From Epiperipatus broadwayi (taxonomy: Eukaryota; Animalia; Onychophora), in NCBI GenBank assembly GCA_028023455.1, contig JAQFVV010000011.1, positions 3,968,001 to 4,032,000 on the forward strand: a stretch of DNA of 64,000 nucleotides, read 5' to 3'. The notes below the pieces were generated by a model. That model saw only the letters and a program-made list of their open reading frames with translations, was not told the DNA's origin and did not search any database. Below, piece after piece: positions 21,871-34,599 of this stretch (position 1 is its first letter; every line of letters starts with the position of its first letter). The translations under genes were made by a program, and so were the position numbers.

Positions 21871-23879
21871 ATAATATATAAAATTCTAAACTTCTTTTTG
21901 AATTTACACTTTAGTTAAACATCATATTTAGACTTTTATTGCAAACAGTACCAGTATAATTCATTAATCATAAAAGATGTAATCTTTGTCTTAATAGTAT
22001 TTCCTGCCAGCCAAAAAATCAAAATGCTAGAAATTAGGGACTAGATTCTACAAATGTTTGTTGCATTTCTATATGAATCTTTGATTAAACTCTCAGTAGT
22101 GACTTCAATAAAGAAGATTTATAGTAAGCAACTTGTGTCAATTTTACATCATCATATAACAGCATTAATTGCTAATATAAATTTTACACTTTACTAGCAC
22201 TAAATCAACTGTTTTATAAATGCTGCAAAGCGAGCTTTAAAAAAAAATTATTTTAAAGTCATCTATTTTATTATTTGAAAAAATTATTTCTTAAAAACAC
22301 ATTCTAATGCATTACTCACATATACATATATATTTTTAGTTTTTGTATTAAAATTTAATGAGAAAACAATTCACTTGTTCAGTACATTTAGAAAAATGAA
22401 AGCATTTCACAGTTAAGCCACAATGGCCACAAACAGAAGTTATAGAATGTGTGCATTGATTTCTTAGAATTTGATAAATTGAATAGTACCTTTGTAAATG
22501 TATCTGTATTTTGCAAAAAAAAATAATTTGTAAGAATTTGCTCACATTCATGCTAGCTATATTTTAATTGTAAGCAATTTTATTTTTCCATCTTTTGTAT
22601 TTTATAGTAATATTTTTCTGTGATTTTTTTTTGTAGAAATATTATAGTATTTATAATTAACACTTACAATTAAAAAAATCAAATTTATTTCATTATAATA
22701 ACTAATCCTGATTTTTTAAAAAGAATATGTCCAACTGATCCCAGTTATAAATTGTACTGCTTGGACTCTAAATGTTAGCAACTTATTTCTCCATTTTTTT
22801 ATTTTTATTTTTTTGCAATTTATATTTATATTTTTCTAATTTTTTATACAAATATTAATTTTTTTTTGTAAATAATGCTTATAAAAGAAATCAAATTTGG
22901 AATTTTAGTTATATCATAAAATAATACTTTTCTATTGAGTGTTAAACCAGTTATGGCATGTGCAGTATAAACCACATTGTAACTGTTGAAGAATAATAAA
23001 TATAGAATCAAAACAGACAAAACTCTCCATACAAAATATAGAATCACTTTACAATCCCTGTTTTTTTTGTTTTTCTTTTACAATTTCTATATTGACACTC
23101 GTCTAAACCCTCACTCCTTCTACTCCAGAATAACAGAAGAATTTTGGCCTGAATCTACAATTTGCTCTTTTTCATTTACTGATTATTTCTGAATGATTAT
23201 GCAGCTCTAGAACAACTACTTTAAAAAAAGTTATACTTTCTTGTGACTTGAAAGTAAGTTTCAGGTTCATGCAATATAGTATCAACCCTTAGGTTGTGAA
23301 TGTGTGTTGGTATCCACTCACTAATCATTAAAACAATTTCATTGCATTTATTTTGAATAATTTGTGACAAATTTGTTATAAAGGAAATACATAAATAACC
23401 TAGAGTTTGATTATAATGTTTTTAAATAAGGTTATAAAGGCTTAATATAACACCATTCACATTACTTTTACTACCAACAATGTCTTTTTGATTCATCGTT
23501 TTAATAAAATTTATCTAATTATTTCTACAATATAGAAATACTTTTCAATTTTACATGTTCCTTGCCTTTGTGGTGTATTTCAGATAAATCTATAGATTTT
23601 TCATTTTACTTTTCAATTTTTAAATATTTTTAAAATTGAAATACAACATCTCATCAAACATGGCTCTCAGAAATTGAATATGACGTTGAAAAAGTATTAT
23701 TAAAAAGAAAATATTTTTGAGGTTTTATTTCTTGATAACCTTACATACATTCTTTTCTATAATTTGTAGGAATTTAATTTTTTTTAAAAAATCCAGCAAT
23801 ATTTAACATCTATTCTTAAAAATTCAGCAATTCCAAGTAATAAATAACTTGCAGAATTTATATAAAATAAATATCACAT

Positions 23880-24150
23880 GATCATTTGTGTTTTCAATTT
23901 CATTCTCATAGTTTTGTAGTTAAGTAGAGATAAAAGGTGGTTGCTAGAGGGTTGCATTAGATCCTAAGATCTAGATGCAGTGCTCTCAGATCCAAAGCTC
24001 CTCACTGACAAAGGCCACAAGCCAGAAACTAGTCTGGGGATATTGGATGAGTAGGCATTAGAGAGGGATTTTATGCACAAGCCTTCTGGCATCCATTGAT
24101 TACTCTGTTTAGCACAGGTGGCAATACTGTATGGAGAATTTTGCTCTGTT
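23880..24150 (+). mobile_element. Family A repeat, long single copy
   Basis: Reverse complement of the 42140-42400 arm. It includes the upstream GGTGGTTGCTAGAGGGTTGCATTAGATCC segment, the HHR and the tail. Confidence 0.88.
23999..24040 (+). ncRNA. Hammerhead-like motif, family A (core CTGACAA from CpG decay)
   Basis: TCCTCA-CTGACAA-A-GGC-CACAA-GCC-A-GAAA-CTA-GTC-TGGGGA. Confidence 0.5.
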
Positions 24151-25559
24151 TAAAATAAATATCTTAATAGGCTATGAAAATTTTCATTATTATGATAAAA
24201 TGTATGAAATAGTCATTCATAAGAGTAAAATAAGATAAACGCTTTATATATATATATATATATATATATCTGACTATGACTTTATCAAACACTGTAACAT
24301 ATCAAACTTCATAACTATATACTTAAAAATAAATTATAGTCTTCCTAGAAGTGAACTACTTGCACTATAATGATCTTAAGACGGTTATATATTACTGAAT
24401 GGAATCAGTGTTGATCCTATTAAGTCCTTCATAACTGTCACTGTCTGACTGAATTACTGTAGACTTTCTTTAAATAAAGATGTTATTAATATAAATAATA
24501 TAGAACATTGGTACTTTATGGAAATCATTGAATCTATATATTAATATTGAATTGTATAAATTTTATTCAAAATAAAATATATAATTAAAAAAGTTGGTTT
24601 ATGTGATTAAAAAACTACTAGGCCAATAATACATTAAAATATTGGGTCATACATATTACAAGAATTATTCTTGTTGCATAATTTACAGACTAATCAAAGT
24701 TTTACATCGGAGTACAACTGGGGACACATTTCTACAAGAAATGTAACAAAATTGTTATGTATAACAAGATAGAAAAAGAATTATAATTGGAAGGAATATT
24801 GGGCACAATCATTAAAATTAAGTGTTTTAAAAAAATTATATTATATCTTCAAAGATTGCTTCCAGATAAATCATTTAATATGTAGCTTTTATATCTTCTG
24901 GTCAAGACTGTACCATACTACACTTTCTTCCTACAATTGTGATACAACATTTGTTTAATTTTATACTTCCTTTTATAAGGTTTACATACATGTACTTTCC
25001 AATAAAAATGCTTCCAGGAAAGTAACACTTTGAATAACAATTAGTTAATGAAACTGATTCATTGGTTGGTGCTTAATCCGTAATGATTTTAACTGCTTCC
25101 CGGTGAATCTCATTACTTCCTGTTGAATTTGCAACTCACCTGTGACAGTCATTTCATATAATTAAAAAAAGCATTTCCATTGCTTTTTTTAAATCTTTAT
25201 TCCTCAATACAGGATTTAAAAATCTATATAATAATTGTTTTTTTTTAAAAAAATCAATATTTTTATTGCCAACATTTCAATTATTTTCTATGGCCTTCTT
25301 CAAGGGTTTAAATAATATAAATTTTATTTTAGATTACTATTTATTATATGTCTGAAAAAAAATAAAAAACATAAAAAGAACATTTGTACTATAAATCATT
25401 GAGAAAGACCACCAAAAATATTAAAACATGAGGACAAGAGTATTGATATTTTAATTTTCATGATGTGGATTTTATGATTCAGTAATAAATAAATGAAAAT
25501 TTTTAAAAAGAAGATAATGATTGAAACATTATTTTAATATATTAAAAAAGATCAAAAAA

Positions 25560-25680
25560 ATTGATTATTCAGGAATTCATAAGAAGTTTGAATGCCAGAA
25601 ATGATGGAACTGGGTATGGTCCATAAATCATAAGCTCCAAAGTCTGGCACTCTGCCAATGGACCAATCACATAGGGAATT
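25560..25680 (-). mobile_element. tRNA-derived SINE-like fragment (family D)
   Basis: Minus strand CCCTATGTGATTGGTCCATTGGCAGAGTG...AAACTTCTTATGAATTCCTGAATAAT aligns with the copies at 47088-47335. Confidence 0.55.
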
Positions 25681-28600
25681 ACTTTTAAATATGTAAATTG
25701 AATCAAGCTTAATTTGAAAATGAGTAGTATCCAAGATTTTTGTAACTAACGTTTTAAATATTTTCTTACATACTGATGAACTTTGGCAGCATGAAGAGAT
25801 ACTTCTTGTCGTAATAAACTTTTTCATTTATACGATAAAGAATTGCTTTCATTAACTCTAGTTAGTTTAAATGGTATAAGAAAATTAAAATAGATAATGG
25901 ATGTGCTGCGTGCAAATCTGATAATAATCATTCATAAAGTCAAGATTACAATTATGGATATGGTCCTATCATACAGTAATTGATTCTGAAATAAGTAAAT
26001 TCCTACTATTAATACAAATGTTTAAAATAAGCAGATAAAGTCTTAGACATGCATTGCTTGAGAAATAGCATTCTTGCCATGAAGCCAAAAATGAGTGCAA
26101 TTGTCATAAAACTGACATTTTTGAAATATATACTCATTGATCAAGTGTTAATCCATAATAATAATCATGAAATTGTCTGGTTTTGTTTGATTTCAAGTTC
26201 CTAAAGTAATCTAAATTTCAGGCCATTACTAGGATAGTTTTTTTTAAAAAGGCAAAAAAGCTGTTGGACCTGTAAGTGCAAGTTCAATACTTCTCATCGA
26301 TGAAGACTAATGTTCAAGAATTAATTTGAGAATGTTTACTTCTCATCCATTATACACTGGTTATTTAATCTTACAGTAGGTTACTCTTGAATAGAATTAA
26401 TAAAATTACTCTCTCAATGCAACATGTTTATATTCTATCTATGCTTACTTTTTTATATTCTTACACACATTATTATTCATAATGTTAACTCTATTTACAA
26501 AACTATGATTATATAAATTCCGACTATTGTTTATTGTCAACTTAATAAATGTTCCACTTTTATCATATCTATCATTAAGATTTTCAACTTTTACTAGATC
26601 CATGCAAAAAAGCTACTTCTAGAGAATTCCTCTAAATCAAAACTTTTGAAAAGTTTAAGAATAAACTTATGGAATGAATAAACCTCAAAGGAGGAATTGA
26701 AACCTCTCTCCTATTTATATGTCCCTGGCCAAATAATGTGTTTTATAATTGGTAGGATCACTTGTAATATTGCTAATAGACCAATAATTTAACAAATGAA
26801 TGGATTGCTTTAATTATTATGAATTTCACTTTGCCATTGACTTTAACTTATATCTCTCTGATTCTGAATTTTTTCTTATTAATACAAATGTGTGTGTAAT
26901 AATTGTAGTTATAAACTAATTTACAGGTTAATTAATGTAAATACCTTCTAGTTTCAAAACAATCCACATTGCATCAACTGCAATCTATAATCGTATATGG
27001 ATAGTAGATTAAATGATATTTTTAAGGGTGAATTTAAATTAATGAGAGATGTTTATACAACCTCATTCAAATGGATTACAAATTTAAGTTTGCCCTAATA
27101 AATATCATTGTCAAATTTACTATATATATAAAATCATGAACAGCAAATGAAAAGAATTCATTTGTTTATCTGCCACACAGATTACTTTGATGTCAGAAAA
27201 CATTATGTTAATATAAATAGCATTTCGAAGTGAAGTTTATTGTTCCAGTCATTATAGATTATTTAGCATTGTATAGTTGGATTTTTGTTTATATATTTAT
27301 AATAAAATCAGCTTATTCCAACTTACAGCTATTTTCAACTATTATTCTCTTCGATTTCTAACAAAAAATTTAACATTCATTAATTGGCAATATTTGTTGA
27401 GCCTCATTTATTCCTTAAAATTTTAGGTTAATTTATACAAGTATATAAAAGATTGTAAACCTTTTAAATTTCTTTAAGCTTTTTATATTAAGGATAATTA
27501 ACATAATTACTTCATAATAACCTGTAGTAAAGTTCATAAATAAAATATTTATGAATTCGTTTTTATACGCATATACACATTTACGTGAACCTTTCTATAA
27601 ATGATTTTAAAGATAAATTTAATAAAGTACTAATTTTACAAACAAATATTGTACTTAAGTCTTTCATTTAAAAGCAAATTACGAATGCACTATTTTAAAA
27701 ACATGTTCTAAATATTTGTTTTCGTGTAAAGTCTAGACAATTTAATTTTAAATTTATTGTAGAAATTCCTCAACAGAAAAACTATTGTTGAAATGTTAAT
27801 ACCGGTAAGAATAAAAATATTCGGTCAATTAACTACAAATAAAATCAATTATATATATTTTTATGCCGCTATTTATAAATCCCTGCCTCCATATGACGAA
27901 AATTTATTGGTTTTTATTAGTATATGAACCACACACACACTGTACCTAAAATCTATCTTCTATGTATTATTCTTATTATGAAAGTTGCATTCAATTAAAT
28001 TAAAATTGTCGTTATTGTTTATAACGCACGTCATCAAAATTGATACTTGCATATTGTAGTGTCATAGTGGAGTGAGCATCTAAGCTTCAGGATCTATCAA
28101 TTGCTACTCAATCTTGTCACTTATAACTCTATGTTAACACATTTCTCAAACAACAAATCACTCCATTACTTTACAGCATTGATGACTAAGCCCTAAGGTA
28201 GAACTTAGACCAAATTGTTCTAAGTCTGTAGCAAGCAATGAAAAACCAACCACCATGATGGTCAAAATCACACTGCTTTATCATAAGAATTTGATTTTTG
28301 GACCTGATTCAGTACAAGTGATCCTTTTGTGATATCAATTGAAAATTATTATTTAGAGAAAAACATTATTTGATGACATACAATAGTATATAACATTATT
28401 AATGACTTTCTATTTTTATTTTTAATTTACTTAAATAATATAATTATTTAAATACAAATCATAAAGTTTTAAAAATATATCCAAAACAATATAACTTCAG
28501 TATGTATACATATTAAGGTCTTTGGTCAGAAGATGAGGTAATAGGACACTATGATGTCATAATGAATACTTAACCTTTCTTATAGGAGTTTCTGGCCACT

Positions 28601-29299
28601 TTCTATTCTCTTAATACAGTTTACTCTAAAATATTATATAATCAAAAGTAGTTGTGAATAATGAGCAAATGTCTTGCTAGCCTGCAATTGTCAAATACTA
28701 GATACTATTTGTGATACAAGTAGTGTTTTCCGAATTCCTCCTTGTACTCTGTTTTATCTTTTCATGTTTTCTATAATTTTTTCAATTGCTTACATTGATA
28801 CAGAGTCTAGTCATCATGTGATTCTCATATTATCTGTTTTGTTTTTTTTTTGACACAGAATGCAATAATGTGTTTGTCTAACCACATATCCATCTTTTTA
28901 TTACACACACCTATGAATTCTAATTCCAAGAGTTTTTTTTTTTTGTATACAAGTATGTTCAGAAATATAATTATGCAATCCATCAAATTGAAAAATGGCA
29001 GTGAAGTCAGGTTTAGTAGGTATCTTGACAAGACAGTATAATCGATAACTGACTTCGAAATTGGATGTGGCCAGGATAATATCATTTAGCATACCTAACT
29101 ATGTTATGCTCCTGTCTCCCAAATTGTGCTGTGTCACAAAATCTAGACAAAATGGCATGCATATAAAAATATTTATAATATTAGTAATGATCATGGTGGA
29201 AGTATCAACAACAATTTCACATGACTTTTTCTACCCTCTGATATCCATTGATCACTCAAACTTACAGTAAATGGTTCTGGATTATGATGAAATGAAAAA

Positions 29300-29800
29300 T
29301 AGTAGCAGTAATAAAGATAGGTTTTTATTTTTTAAGTATAGAGGCAAGGAATGAATTAATTTTGTTTGATTAAATATTTTTTAGCCCTGAATGACAACAG
29401 TATTTAGAGATGAAAATAGTTCATTGGGTAAAAGAAAATTGCATGAAGATGATTTCTTTATGAAGTTTAACTTAGGATATTATTTTCTTAAAATTCCTGA
29501 GATCCATGAAAAGTTAATAATTTTCATAATGCTTCTTATGTCCATTTCTCAATCCTTATGCCTCAGAATTAATTTGACAAAATTCAAAGAAGCAAAGCTT
29601 TTACTCTATGTTAGACAGTTAAAAACATTGATATCATTATTTTTGGAGAATTTAATGCTTATATTGTTACAAACAAAAAATGGCCTGAAATTATTGACAT
29701 CTTTTGATATCAACTTTTTACATAGCATACAGACTAATTATTATGAATACAATCCAAAATTCCTAATTCTAGGACTCTTTTGAATTTTGGAAATTTTTTA
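29300..29800 (+). mobile_element. Possible very old LINE APE-domain fragment
   Basis: An alternative plus frame near 29640 gives IFGEFNAYIVT, resembling GDFNA. Other APE motifs are not clearly recoverable. Confidence 0.25.
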
Positions 29801-29944
29801 GATTTCAACAACAAATCTTTTTGCTCCTATTATAAATGCAAACTCCACTGAAAATTTAAATAGGCTTCCATTTTACTATCTATAGTTTGTATGAAATATT
29901 TTTTTATAAACCAGATTTCTTATGCTTACACAATTTGTTAAAAC

Positions 29945-30100
29945 AGTAAAAACTCTCTCCATCAGAAGCGCAATGCTCTCAGATTAAAAACTCCTCTATC
30001 ATGAAGGTCACAAGCTAAAAACTACACTAGTTAGGGATTTTGATACACAAACCTTATAGCATCCACTAATCACTAGGGTTCACACTGGGGGCATGACTGT
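29945..30100. mobile_element. Family A rearranged/deleted copy
   Basis: AAAACTCTCTCCAT is joined to GCTCTCAGATT...ATGAAGGTCACAAGCTAAAAACTAC...ACAAACCTTATAGCATCCACT. Confidence 0.65.
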
Positions 30101-30910
30101 CATTTTTGTGAACTATATATATTTATTAATAACAGTACAACACTTTAAAAATACAGAATAAGCTTAATATTTATATCAGCACAAAGTTTTTATTGAAACA
30201 ATAAATCAAAACTATATTTTACAATTTTGTTTGTATAATAAAAGTTTTTTTTTTGAATTTGTGATGTTCGGATTTAGGATAGTCTAGCTGCACTTTTAGG
30301 CAAAAAAGAAAATACTATAAATTTTTTTTCTCTACATTCATACTTGAAGCAATGGTATCTGATAGAATGTATTATTGTGAGCAGTCAAAATGTAAAAGAA
30401 GTCAATGTTACAAACAAATTTATATATATATAGTTGGGCAGATAGTAGAGTGTTTGAAGTTAAAAATAATAGTAACATTAAAAAAACAGATTTTCATCTG
30501 TCTAAAGGTAGCCACAATTTCTACTTGTGCTAAATTTCAACAACTACTAAATATTAAAATTTTCAATCTGATTTTGAAGCTGATCATGTTAATAAAGCAT
30601 GGAATTATTTAAAGAATGAATTGAGAATATCTTCAATTTACTGAAAAAATTTTTTGATTATTTCTCTGGCAGTGATTATACTATTGGTAAATATATAATG
30701 GACTACTTCCTTTATCTATATTTAAATGTTGTTAGAAAAATTCAAATTTTATTTAAACATTTCCTTAAGTTCAACTGTTAATAATAACATCCGAATTAGT
30801 AAGCATGTTTTTAATGGGATTATTATCATCTCTTCTTGAGATGTTGCTGCCTTGATCAATGATAGTACTATCACAGAAATCGAATTGGGTGATCTCTAGA
30901 TTTAATAATA

Positions 30911-31145
30911 AAACAATAGTAAAATCTCCATATAGTAGTGCCACCTAGTGCAAGCCATAGTAATCAATGCAAAGTAAAAACTACACTGGGAATATTGTAC
31001 AATTAGAGACCAGATAGGGATTTTGACCAATATTTCTAGAATTTGATTACTATGGCTTTCACTTGGTGGCATTACTGTATGGAGATGAGTTTACTACTGT
31101 TTTAACAGCTTGCATAAGTGTAGGAATTGGTGATCATGTGATTTT
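30911..31145. mobile_element. Family A tail-out inverted pair with internal deletion
   Basis: CTCCATATAGTAGTGCCACCTAGTGCAAGCCATAGTAATCAA is mirrored by TTGATTACTATGGCTTTCACTTGGTGGCATTACTGTATGGAG. Confidence 0.8.
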
Positions 31146-32002
31146 TTAGTAGACTTAAGAGTAGTCAATATAATGTGATGCTCTAAGCAAACCATCCATT
31201 CAGTTAAATACTATTTGCTTATAGTATGCCTTAAGTTCAGTATTCATAAACTTAAAGTACCATAATTTAATTTTATGCTACTACTGTCACTGGACAGATT
31301 TTCAAGAGGACAAAAATATCACTTCAAATATTATAGTCTATATTAACCTAGGTGTTATTGCTAACAGTTGAGTGTATTTGAAAAGTTTAAATTTGTTTTT
31401 TCGATGTCTTCCTTTTTTAAAAATACAGGATGTTTTTACTCTTAGATTTTTAATCCAAGCAACATTATTTGTGTTTCACTTTTAAAATGTCTCTCTTTTT
31501 TTTTTAATGAATGAAAAATAAAATCCATTCATATGTACATATTAGTATCACAGGTTGAATAATTATAATGTCTTTCTTTAGAATATAGAATCATCTATTA
31601 ACCCTTTGCTTTATTTCTTTTTTTATTTTTAATCCATGCAAAATTATTACTTGCCCTTTTAGTTATATTTTTAAATGTTATTTTAAGGAATTACTAAAAT
31701 AAATCACCAGTTATGCTTCATGTATATGTGTTTATCTGTGTTTCTCTGCATATAATTGAAATAGCATATGTATAACTAATTTTTCATCACGCTAAGGAAT
31801 TCTCTTGGTGAGCTTGCAAGTCTTGGTGAGATTGGTTTATAGTCACATTGAACTATCTTTTAGGACACATTTGTAGCTATGAACCACTTAAAAAGTTGAT
31901 TCTTTTCTCTAAGTGAATTTAACTTCTATCATTGTGAAGTATAGAGCAGCTTTTAGACTTTCACTTCTTGCAGTCTTATATTTTCTTTTTTTAAGTGTCA
32001 TA

Positions 32003-32096
32003 GCATTGGCCGGGATGCAAACCCACAACCCAGGCAACTGCCTGCAAGTGCAAGGCAGTTGTGCTGAAGTTGTGCTGACCTCTCGACCACCAATGC
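32003..32096 (-). pseudogene. tRNA-Gly(TCC)-derived pseudogene/SINE head with internal duplications
   Basis: Minus strand GCATTGGTGGTCGAGAGGTCAGCACAACT...GCAGTTG...GGGTTTGCATCCCGGCCAATGC. The acceptor stem GCATTGG/CCAATGC is intact and the anticodon arm is disrupted. Confidence 0.65.
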
Positions 32097-32447
32097 AAGA
32101 CAGTCTTATATTTTCATTGTAGTTTTTTTAGCTGATTTGGATTACTCTGCTCACTAGCTACTTTTCAAATAAACTACTAGACAAGTTTCATTCAAAACTA
32201 CTGCTAGTCAACTTTCCTTTAAAAAAATTACTAGTGTAACTATTCTAATCTTTTTATCAATTCTTTTTATATTTAGTCAGCTGGGGTGACAAAAACACAT
32301 TAATTAACAACTGTTCTTAATCAAAAACTTTTCCTTATCTGTCTTGATTGGATAAAGTTTATTTCAATTCACTTTAATCTTTTGGAAATTTGTGAAAGTA
32401 TAATCTAAATTTATTTAAATGCACATTGATTACGTAAGTAATATTTA

Positions 32448-32684
32448 CTAAGGCTTTAACCTCAAGAATATGCATGTAAAAATGCGATATTAGGGACCTC
32501 TACAGGTCTTAACCACAAGCTTATGCCTTCAGCTTCAGCTTCACCTATTTAAATAGAAAGTAAGTTGAAGTAAAGAAGGGGTTCCCCTCTGGAGTTCCCC
32601 TCTTTTCTTCCAAGGTGTAAGCTTGTGGTTAAGACCTGTAGCAGTCACATTTTTACATGCATATTCTTGAGGTTAAAGCCTTAG
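32448..32684. mobile_element. MITE/foldback with two perfect inverted blocks
   Basis: The outer 37-bp CTAAGGCTTTAACCTCAAGAATATGCATGTAAAAATG and the inner 24-bp CTACAGGTCTTAACCACAAGCTTA both have exact reverse complements at the right end. Confidence 0.88.
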
Positions 32685-34599
32685 AAAGTATAATCTACAA
32701 AGTTTTTAAAATATGTAGTAGAATGTATACAAGCATTAATTAAAGGATTTCAAAGATAGATAATAGAAATGTTTACAATTATTTATATTTTATCATACAA
32801 CATGTTTGTTTTTAATTTCAAAATCAGAATATAATATTAATATTTATTTGGACTTTTTTAAACTGTTTAATAAAATTCTATTTTAAATTCAAAATAATTT
32901 AGCCTTTTACTAGGATTATTTTATTCCAGGAAATGTAAAATATATCTAAAGAAAATTTGCCTGTGTTTATTTCTACTTTTCCTTTCAACTTTAGAAATAC
33001 TTGTGCACACACCACTATGTTATTGTGTGCCATGTAACAGGACTGTTATAATATTAATATGTAAAATACTTCAGAAATAAAACAACTAATTAAGTATGCA
33101 GAAAGAAATAAAACTTACAGCAAATAGTAATGGATTGATTTGCATGTTAATGAAAATTATTTTATGCAAATTAATCAAACTGATAAAAGTCTGTAGGAGA
33201 ATTAAGCAGAGTTGTCAGGGTGTGCTCAAAACTTGTCAAGTGAAAAATAATGAATGCTGCAGTGTGAAAACAGAAAAATAAGTAAGCTGAGGTAAAGTGC
33301 AGAAAGTGTAAGCAGTGTGCTGAAGGGACAAAGTAAATGGAGGAACAAAAACAAAAGTAAACTAGTGGAAATTTAAACTAGTAAAGTAAGGTTCTTCTGG
33401 AAATAAATACAGTTCATGTCAACAATCTATTTGAACTATCTCTGATATAATGTACATGAGCAGTAAGGTGCTTATAGGAATAAAATAAGAAGAACTCTAA
33501 TGAAGAATCTACATGTAATATTTCTGATGTAATGAGTGGGAGCAATAAGATTCTTTCAAAATAAAGATACTTTATACATATTAATCTCTCTGGATATAAA
33601 TGAACTTTAGAGATCTAAGTGATCTTATATTCAACTAGAAAACTAGCAAGTTAAACTACTATCTATCTTATTAATATAAGTATTATGATTATTATTTCAA
33701 AGTAAATAAACTCTTGATGTTTTATTAAGCACTTGTTTTTAGTTTCTTTTTCAACAATGTAAACATTCAGTGGCCAACTGATGGCATGGCCCTGAATATA
33801 TAAAATCTATAATATTTTTTTGTTCTCCAAGCAAAGTTAAAATAATTGCAAATGAGTAATAATGTTTATCACCATCTTAATAGTTTATCACTGATTGCAT
33901 TAAATGTTAGTAAGTCTTTTACATTATTAAAATGGTGTTTTAAATGTGTAATGATTGTAAGACCAACATTTCAACCTGAATAGATATGTCTGGGGTTGTA
34001 AAAATAACTTGCATAAAAAACTCATAAAAAATAACCCATATTGAATCTTCAAAGGACATTTTCATAATTATCTAAGTAAGTATATATTATGTGGACACAT
34101 AAACTTTGTATATATCACAAGATTATTATTTCCTACGCTTACACAAGCTGTTATAACAAAGGCTTTGTGATTTTTTTGTTTGTGATGTGATATGGCTTCT
34201 CCTTTATTGAAGTCAGAAATCTCTCAGCCATTATGCATAGAGAAAACTGTTGCCCACCATTCCATCCCATTTTATTCCATACCCTAATATTTTCCTTTTC
34301 TTTATTCTGCTTCTGCCAATTTCCACAACATCATCTTTGTTCACTCCCCCTTATCTTTTTCCAAACCCAGCACAAAAAACAAAAACCATTTTCTGTAGAA
34401 TCACTTTGTTTATATTTATTCGCTAACAACTTTATTATTTGTACCTTTTCTCCTTGCAAACATTTACATTCAATTAGCAGATGCCTAATATTTTCCATGC
34501 CTTCTTTGTATAACTTTCAGACTAAATCATCCACATTTCTCTATTTACATGTATATTCCCTAGTTGCTAATGATCCTGTTCCAGCTTTAAACAGTAAAC

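Noticed and set aside
25552-25700. ORF 25552..25827 and the alternative peptide IPYVIGPLAECQTLELMIYGPYP as a host exon
   Set aside because: This part aligns with the family D tRNA-derived SINE copies at 47088-47335.
32003-32096. Functional tRNA gene
   Set aside because: The anticodon arm is disrupted by duplications and the T-loop is altered.
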